From: a virus
Taxonomy: Duplodnaviria; Caudoviricetes
DNA: 29,964 nt
Strand: one strand, 5' to 3'
IMG/VR virus record: IMGVR_UViG_3300036784_000019
Coordinates: 1-29,964 of that record
The notes under the pieces were generated by a model, which saw nothing but the letters and a program-made list of their open reading frames with translations, did no database searches and was not told the origin of the DNA. Below are positions 25,662 to 29,964 of this stretch, one piece after another. A program made the translations under genes and the position numbers. The number at the start of each line of letters is the position of its first letter. The first letter of the stretch is position 1.

Positions 25662-26099
25662 TTATATTCCCGACCCGTTCTCGCGGCGGCGGCGCTCGGC
25701 CAGCCTCTCCCGGCGGTCCTCGGTGTCGTCCCCGTCCTCGGCCGGCGGGTACAGGTCCCTGATCTGGAGGAGGTTCAGCCGGATTTCCTTGGTGTACTGG
25801 GTGACCTCGCGCGGGCCGACCTCGCCGGCGTCCAGTTGCCGTGCCATGTACAGCGACTGCTTGGCGAGCGTGGTATCCGCTGCCTCCCCCGGAAACTCCT
25901 CCAGGTCGCGCAGCAGCGCCTCCTCGATCCCGCCCTGCTTAACCTCGTCCCCGGCCTGTTCCTTACCGAGGCCGCAGCCAGCACAGTAGTAGACGCCCTT
26001 GGACTTGAGGTAGATGTCCTGGCCCGGCGCGATCGGCTGACGGCACTTGCAGCACTTGACGGGGCCTGTCGCCTGATCCCAGCGCGGGTAGTTAGCCAT
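25662..26099 (-). CDS. terS: Terminase small subunit, actinophage type, with N-terminal zinc finger
   Basis: IEEALLRDL...SLYMARQLD...KEIRLNL...acidic patch then RRRR tail; N-terminal CxxC...CxxC; upstream of TerL. Confidence 0.7.
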   Translation of the reverse strand: MANYPRWDQATGPVKCCKCRQPIAPGQDIYLKSKGVYYCAGCGLGKEQAGDEVKQGGIEEALLRDLEEFPGEAADTTLAKQSLYMARQLDAGEVGPREVTQYTKEIRLNLLQIRDLYPPAEDGDDTEDRRERLAERRRRENGSGI

Positions 26100-26108
26100 A
26101 ACCCAAGG

Positions 26109-26324
26109 CTACGACTTGGCAGTGCTTTCGAGATAGGCCAGCAGTGCCTGGTCTAGCGCGTTCCTAAGCTGATCGGCCTGTTCCGGGGCGAGGTGAAGGT
26201 CAGGGCAGACCGGATGGCCTTTGCCGTCGAGGGGAGCCCGTACGAGAATCTTGCCTGGAGCCGGCGGAGGGGGCGGGATGTACTCGGCGTGGAACTGGTC
26301 ATCCCGCTCAGGCACTCGCAACAT
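26109..26324 (-). CDS. Hypothetical protein
   Basis: Amphipathic LHLAPEQADQLRNAL; start uncertain. Confidence 0.5.
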   Translation of the reverse strand: MLRVPERDDQFHAEYIPPPPPAPGKILVRAPLDGKGHPVCPDLHLAPEQADQLRNALDQALLAYLESTAKS

Positions 26325-26345
26325 ACCAGCCCGTCGTAGTCGTCG

Positions 26346-26900
26346 TCAGTCATTCATGTACCTCTGGTACTCCCAGGGCGGAGCCGGACAGTAAGGCGGC
26401 CCGCCTAGCTCCATAATCGGGGGAAGGGCCAGGTCGTACAAGTGGTCCTTGTCCCAGTAGGCGCAGAAGACCTGGAACTCCCAGACCGGCAGCCGCAGTG
26501 CCTGGTGGCAGGCAATCTCGCTGATGGTTCCCGGACTGTCCATCCAGTCGGGCCCGGCGATCATGCCGTTGCTCGATGCTGCGATCCACGCCCAGTCATC
26601 AGCCAGGCACTTGCCCACCGGGAGGTTGAACACACGGGCCTCGTCAGGCGATCCCGTAGGGCACTTCATCGGGTCGAGCCCGAGGTCCCTGTCATGCTGG
26701 GCCGGGTTGAATACGGCTTGCACGGTGGGGAACGACAGCAGCACCGCAGCCGAGGCGTCAAACCAGGGCGCGTTGAAGAACGGCTTGCCGGTCATCTTGT
26801 TGCCGAGGTAGAGATTGTTCCAGCACGCGTAAGTTCCCGACACCGGCCGGAAGTTCCCCGGCATCAGCGGCTCGTCGAGCCAGATCTGGTACTTACCCAT
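26346..26900 (-). CDS. DUF4406 / nucleoside 2-deoxyribosyltransferase-like protein
   Basis: YLGNKMTG..FFN..F, VFNPA, PDWMDSPGTISE..ALRLPV. Confidence 0.75.
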   Translation of the reverse strand: MGKYQIWLDEPLMPGNFRPVSGTYACWNNLYLGNKMTGKPFFNAPWFDASAAVLLSFPTVQAVFNPAQHDRDLGLDPMKCPTGSPDEARVFNLPVGKCLADDWAWIAASSNGMIAGPDWMDSPGTISEIACHQALRLPVWEFQVFCAYWDKDHLYDLALPPIMELGGPPYCPAPPWEYQRYMND

Positions 26901-27585
26901 TACGTGGCCTCTTGCCTGGCTTCAGCAGCTTCGCTGCCTCCTCGTCGTGAAACGCCTGCCGCCGGGCAAGGACATCCATGGCGACAGCCACGTCGTTGTC
27001 GCTGGGATTACCCAGGTTCCCTGACCAGACTGCCTCGCCGTCCTGCCCGTAGTGTTCCTCGAACTTCTGCTGCATCTCCCACGGGTCCGGGTCCTGCGGG
27101 TGCTTGTAATCTACGGTTGGCCCGTCGATCACCGGGTTGGCCTTGTACTCCCCGGTCGTGTACGCCTTGATAGCAGCGTCAACGACGGCAGGATCGTCCC
27201 GGTCCCACACCTTGTCCTGCTCGGAGTTCCAGTCCGACAGGTCCGGCCCTGTCCAGTTCCGGGAGTCGTAGATGTTCTTCTCGTCCACTACTGGCTCGAC
27301 AGGCTCGTCCAGGCGCTCCATCGTCAGCATGTAGCCGATGGTGTCTACCCGCGAGTCGTGGTGGGCAGGGGACTTTACCAGGCGGCAGAGCTTGAGGCCG
27401 GACATCATCACCGCGACCCGGTACTCGTCCAGCTCCACGCCGTCCTTCAGCAGATCCTGCATCAGGCCCGACCAGACCTTCGCGATGACCCGGAAGTCGA
27501 ACCTGGGGTGCCCGTAGGACTTGGCGCGGTCGCCGTGGACCAGGCTGTGCGCCTCGTGCGCAATCGAGTCTTCGAAGTTCACCAT
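26893..27585 (-). CDS. DUF6378-domain protein with acidic C-terminal extension
   Basis: EA..LVHGDR..SYGHP...F..IA..WS...VAVMM..LK..R...DS.VD..GY. Confidence 0.8.
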   Translation of the reverse strand: MVNFEDSIAHEAHSLVHGDRAKSYGHPRFDFRVIAKVWSGLMQDLLKDGVELDEYRVAVMMSGLKLCRLVKSPAHHDSRVDTIGYMLTMERLDEPVEPVVDEKNIYDSRNWTGPDLSDWNSEQDKVWDRDDPAVVDAAIKAYTTGEYKANPVIDGPTVDYKHPQDPDPWEMQQKFEEHYGQDGEAVWSGNLGNPSDNDVAVAMDVLARRQAFHDEEAAKLLKPGKRPRNG

Positions 27586-28053
27586 CTATGAGTCGCCCCT
27601 TACCCAGCCGGGGCAGCCGGGATCGCAGTTACCGAGGAATGAGTGATTGTGGTAGGTAACGCGCGTACTTCCGCCACCGCCGCAACCATTGGTCATGGTC
27701 ACCGTACCCATGCCGCCACTGCCCGCACCGCCTCCGCCGCCAACGCGCTCGACGTTGTACGCTCGCTTCTCCCAGTCGATCGTGACCAGGGAGTAGTCAA
27801 CCGCGACCCGCACGATCTTGGAGGGCTTGCCTGCCAGTTCTTCCTCGATCGAGACCAGCTCGTCGGCGTACCACTGGGCCTTCTTCCGGTCCTCGACCGT
27901 TGAGCCCTTCTTGCCAGCGCGGGCGGTGTACTTGACCAGGTTGCCCCAGCAGAAGCCGCGCGCGAGTTCGAGGTCCCAGGCCCGCAGCACCTTGATCACC
28001 TCGTACGGCTCGTCGCCCCCGTAGTAGTCCGGGTGATTGATCGCGTCGCTCAC
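27586..28053 (-). CDS. DUF3310 (SaV / T7 gp1.7-like) protein
   Basis: DAINHPDYY, EVI, GFCWGNLVKY..RAGKKG, ED.KKA.WY. Confidence 0.88.
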   Translation of the reverse strand: MSDAINHPDYYGGDEPYEVIKVLRAWDLELARGFCWGNLVKYTARAGKKGSTVEDRKKAQWYADELVSIEEELAGKPSKIVRVAVDYSLVTIDWEKRAYNVERVGGGGGAGSGGMGTVTMTNGCGGGGSTRVTYHNHSFLGNCDPGCPGWVRGDS

Positions 28054-28208
28054 CGCTTTGCCAGACCTTCCATGTACTTGCCCACCAGGTAGAGCGCCTG
28101 CTGTTCCGTGAAGCGCCCCGGCGCGCTGAAGCTGACGAACAGCTCGTGCATCTGGACCGCCGCCTCACTCAGCCCGACGATCGGGTCTTTGGGCATGTCG
28201 CCGCTCAT
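28050..28208 (-). CDS. 52-aa actinophage-type hypothetical protein (not in the ORF track)
   Basis: MSGDMPKDPIVGLSEAAVQMHELFVSFSAPGRFTEQQALYLVGKYMEGLAKR; ATGA and GTGA coupling. Confidence 0.7.
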   Translation of the reverse strand: MSGDMPKDPIVGLSEAAVQMHELFVSFSAPGRFTEQQALYLVGKYMEGLAKR

Positions 28209-28528
28209 GAGCGGAAGTTCAGGTTGTAGGGCAGGCCATCGGGCAGCGGAAAGCTCAGGGGCTCGGCCATGGCAGCGTGGTGGTCCCCGTGCCAGCAGAT
28301 GAACCTGCGGCCGGCCTCATTGACCGCGTACCTGTAGATGGTCATGTGCGAGCCGGCAAGAGTCTCCCCGGTTGGGACGGTGTAGCTGTCGCCCTTGTAG
28401 AACTCAACGCGGTGCACGAAGCGGTAATGCTCCGGCTTGCCGGTGTGGCGCTTGAGGTAGTCCAGCGCTTCCTGCATGCGGAACGCCGGGTGCCCGGAAT
28501 CCCAGGCGAAGTCGAAGGTGTTACCCAT
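28205..28528 (-). CDS. Hypothetical protein
   Basis: ATG 7 nt after TAAGCT; 107 aa. Confidence 0.65.
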   Translation of the reverse strand: MGNTFDFAWDSGHPAFRMQEALDYLKRHTGKPEHYRFVHRVEFYKGDSYTVPTGETLAGSHMTIYRYAVNEAGRRFICWHGDHHAAMAEPLSFPLPDGLPYNLNFRS

Positions 28529-28544
28529 GCGCTGGAGCTTACCA

Positions 28545-28625
28545 TGGTGGATCTGGCCGGAGTCGAACCGGCGTCCTGAGACGTTCCGCGTGCGGTCTTC
28601 CGCTCAGTCAAAACCCGTCAGACCC
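28545..28625 (-). ncRNA. ssrA: Minimal tmRNA consisting only of the tRNA-like domain (81 nt)
   Basis: GGGTCTGACGGGTTTTGAC-TGAG...CTCA-GGAC-GCCGG-TTCGACT-CCGGC-CAGATCC-A-CCA: acceptor stem with G3-U70, stemless D-loop ending GAC, GGAC linker, T-arm and encoded CCA. Confidence 0.85.
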
Positions 28626-28627
28626 TA

Positions 28628-28910
28628 GAGGGATTTCGGCCGCCCGTTTTTACCGAGCAGATCACGGTGGACGGCGTTCGAGGGACCGGGAGTCTGCTTT
28701 GTCCGGCTGTGCCTCACGAGGATGTCCCCAACCCCGGCTTGCGTCAAGGGTACCAGCCACCGGAGCGCCCGCTACGCGCTAGCCTTCACCCGCCCATTTG
28801 AAGCACGGTCTCCGGCGTACTCCCGAAGAGCACTGACTGGCACCTGTTGCGACCCTAAACCCATTAGCCGCTTGCCCGCCCCCGCACTGTGCCACGACAG
28901 GCTTCCCCTC
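28628..28910 (-). ncRNA. Putative ~283-nt structured RNA of unrecognised class
   Basis: Terminal helix GAGGG(G)A/TCCCTC, nested long-range helices with sense-strand G-U pairs; fills the tRNA-to-tmRNA interval exactly. Confidence 0.6.
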
Positions 28911-28911
28911 G

Positions 28912-28985
28912 TTGCGGAGACAGGATTTGAACCTGTGGCCTGCGAGTTATGAGCCCGCCGCGCTACCGAACTGCGCCACTCCGCG
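28912..28985 (-). tRNA. tRNA-fMet (CAT), initiator-like, CCA not encoded
   Basis: CGCGGAG-TG-GCGC-AGTTCGGTA-GCGC-G-GCGGG-CTCATAA-CTCGC-AGGCC-ACAGG-TTCAAAT-CCTGT-CTCCGCA-A; C1:A72 mismatch. Confidence 0.95.
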
Positions 28986-29041
28986 TTGTCCCCAGCCGGC
29001 GTCCGTGTATGGGGGCGTGTCCGCCAGCCGGGTATGCGTCT

Positions 29042-29047
29042 ACTGTA
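29042..29047 (-). promoter_or_regulatory. Candidate -10 element (TACAGT) for the RNA cassette
   Basis: TANNNT about 55 nt upstream of the tRNA, followed by a leader hairpin CCCGGCTGGCG/CGCCGGCTGGG. Confidence 0.4.
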
Positions 29048-29137
29048 CCCCACGAAAAATTTTTCCGGAGCCGGGGAATGCACCTCGTGGGGACTGTGTT
29101 ACTACAAGTACACCGAGTGAGAGAGGGGGTGAAAGTG

Positions 29138-29365
29138 ATGACCCCGCCCGCACGCACGGGACTGGCGGACCAGGAGCCGCCCATCGTCCAGGTGGTCGGC
29201 CGGATCGCCGGCGCGCCGGTCGAAGACAGCGGCAGTATCGGAAACAAGTACCTGGTCCACGTCGGCTGGAGCAAGAAGACCTACCAGGTCAGCCAGCGCG
29301 GCCTCCGGCTAATCCGGAACCTTGACATCCAGGTGCTCGACGATCCCACCGAGTACACCATCTAG
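29138..29365 (+). CDS. Hypothetical protein (divergent unit)
   Basis: ATG 29138 after SD GAGGGGGTG; MTPPARTG...; 75 aa. Confidence 0.65.
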   Translation: MTPPARTGLADQEPPIVQVVGRIAGAPVEDSGSIGNKYLVHVGWSKKTYQVSQRGLRLIRNLDIQVLDDPTEYTI

Positions 29366-29382
29366 CCCAGGAGAGGGAGACC

Positions 29383-29436
29383 ATGAGGTCCAAACACCGT
29401 CAATCCAGGAGGCGTCGGAAGAGGAGGCGACCCTGA
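29383..29436 (+). CDS. 17-aa Arg-rich micropeptide
   Basis: AGGAGAGGGAG SD-like tract then MRSKHRQSRRRRKRRRP. Confidence 0.4.
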   Translation: MRSKHRQSRRRRKRRRP

Positions 29437-29488
29437 CTAGACCCTTACAGCGAGAGGATTTCCTGATGCATTGAAACAGGAGGCCCTA

Positions 29489-29527
29489 GCGTAAGCCCCC
29501 TAATTCCGGCGGTTAGGGGGCTTACGC
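29489..29527. terminator. Bidirectional hairpin terminator between convergent units
   Basis: GCGTAAGCCCCCTAA...TTAGGGGGCTTACGC: perfect 15-bp inverted repeat. Confidence 0.8.
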
Positions 29528-29530
29528 GCT

Positions 29531-29962
29531 TCAGTCCTCGATGCGCCCCAGGAGCCACCGCCTGGTCTCGTCAGCCGCCTTTTCGGCCGTCTCCAGGGCC
29601 TCAGCCACCAGCTCTACGTCAATCGGGCCGCTGACCCGCAGATTGACGAGAAAATGGCGCGGGTCCATCGTCCGCAGCGACCTAGGAGCGAGTTTCCCGT
29701 GCTTCTTATGGTAATCAGCCAGGGACTCCTGGAACTTGTCCCATTCTTTGTAATCGGGCCGGGACAGGTGCTTTTTGGCCGCTTCGGCGTTTTTCCTCGC
29801 CCGAAGCTCCGCAGCGCGCTCCCGCAGGCGGTCGTCTTCAGCCTTACGGAGAGCCGTCGATGCCGCCGGGGCCTTGTGCATGGGGCAGAACGGCTCGTCC
29901 TCGATCAAGTCCCAGCCCTCGCGCAGCGCGGCGTCGTCATCGTCCCTGGCCTCGGCACAACC
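29531..29962 (-). CDS. Hypothetical protein, start lies outside the window
   Basis: Frame is open to the right edge: GCAEARDDDDAALREGWDLIEDEPFCPMH (probable Zn-binding motif), then coiled coil. Confidence 0.6.
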   Translation of the reverse strand, partial: GCAEARDDDDAALREGWDLIEDEPFCPMHKAPAASTALRKAEDDRLRERAAELRARKNAEAAKKHLSRPDYKEWDKFQESLADYHKKHGKLAPRSLRTMDPRHFLVNLRVSGPIDVELVAEALETAEKAADETRRWLLGRIED

Positions 29963-29964
29963 CT

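Noticed and set aside
26153-26353. Alternative ORF MTDDDYDGLVCCEC...
   Set aside because: It has a coupled start but a low-complexity shadow-like remainder; the overlapping frame 26109-26324 is more protein-like. A frameshift cannot be excluded.
28545-28625. Ordinary tRNA-Ala or an attachment-site remnant of host ssrA
   Set aside because: There is no D-stem or 7-nt anticodon loop. Both 5' and 3' tmRNA ends are present and complementary, whereas att remnants keep only one end. No integrase is nearby.
28628-28910. RNase P RNA, group I intron or raiA-motif identity for the spacer RNA
   Set aside because: Conserved cores (e.g. GAGGAAAGUCC and the P4 partner; group I P7 elements) were not found; only a short GCCAGTC resemblance to raiA.
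28772-29083. ORF ending ...RVKASA as a protein or as a detached tmRNA tag frame
   Set aside because: It overlaps the tRNA, and the ending only weakly resembles the YALAA/FALAA tags with no recognisable resume context. Not supportable.
1-29964. CRISPR array, integrase, transposase, tape measure or holin-endolysin cassette
   Set aside because: None recognisable in this window, so lifestyle and tail type cannot be determined.

Overview
A GC-rich segment of a tailed dsDNA phage or prophage of an actinobacterial host (WhiB gene, many leaderless TANNNT promoters). Almost all genes are on the minus strand. In transcription order (right to left): (1) an RNA cassette of tRNA-fMet(CAT), a ~283-nt highly structured spacer RNA and an 81-nt tmRNA reduced to its tRNA-like domain; (2) nucleotide-metabolism-type genes (DUF3310, DUF6378, DUF4406); (3) terminase small and large subunits separated by small ORFs; (4) an accessory block (vWA, tandem MazG-like, Thg1-like) between TerL and portal; (5) HK97-type portal, prohead protease and major capsid; (6) small disordered Ser/Thr/Gly/Pro-rich proteins and a papain-like peptidase; (7) a translationally coupled sugar cluster (GT4, GT2, plant-type RGP/UDP-arabinopyranose mutase homologue, dTDP-glucose 4,6-dehydratase); (8) methyltransferase, WhiB and a permuted NlpC/P60; (9) an antisense HNH gene between 11-bp direct repeats; (10) Ser/Thr-rich structural genes flanking another GT-A-like gene. 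The best candidates for undescribed biology are the RNA cassette and the RGP-containing probable virion-glycosylation pathway. All family calls come from motif recognition by eye; no searches were run.
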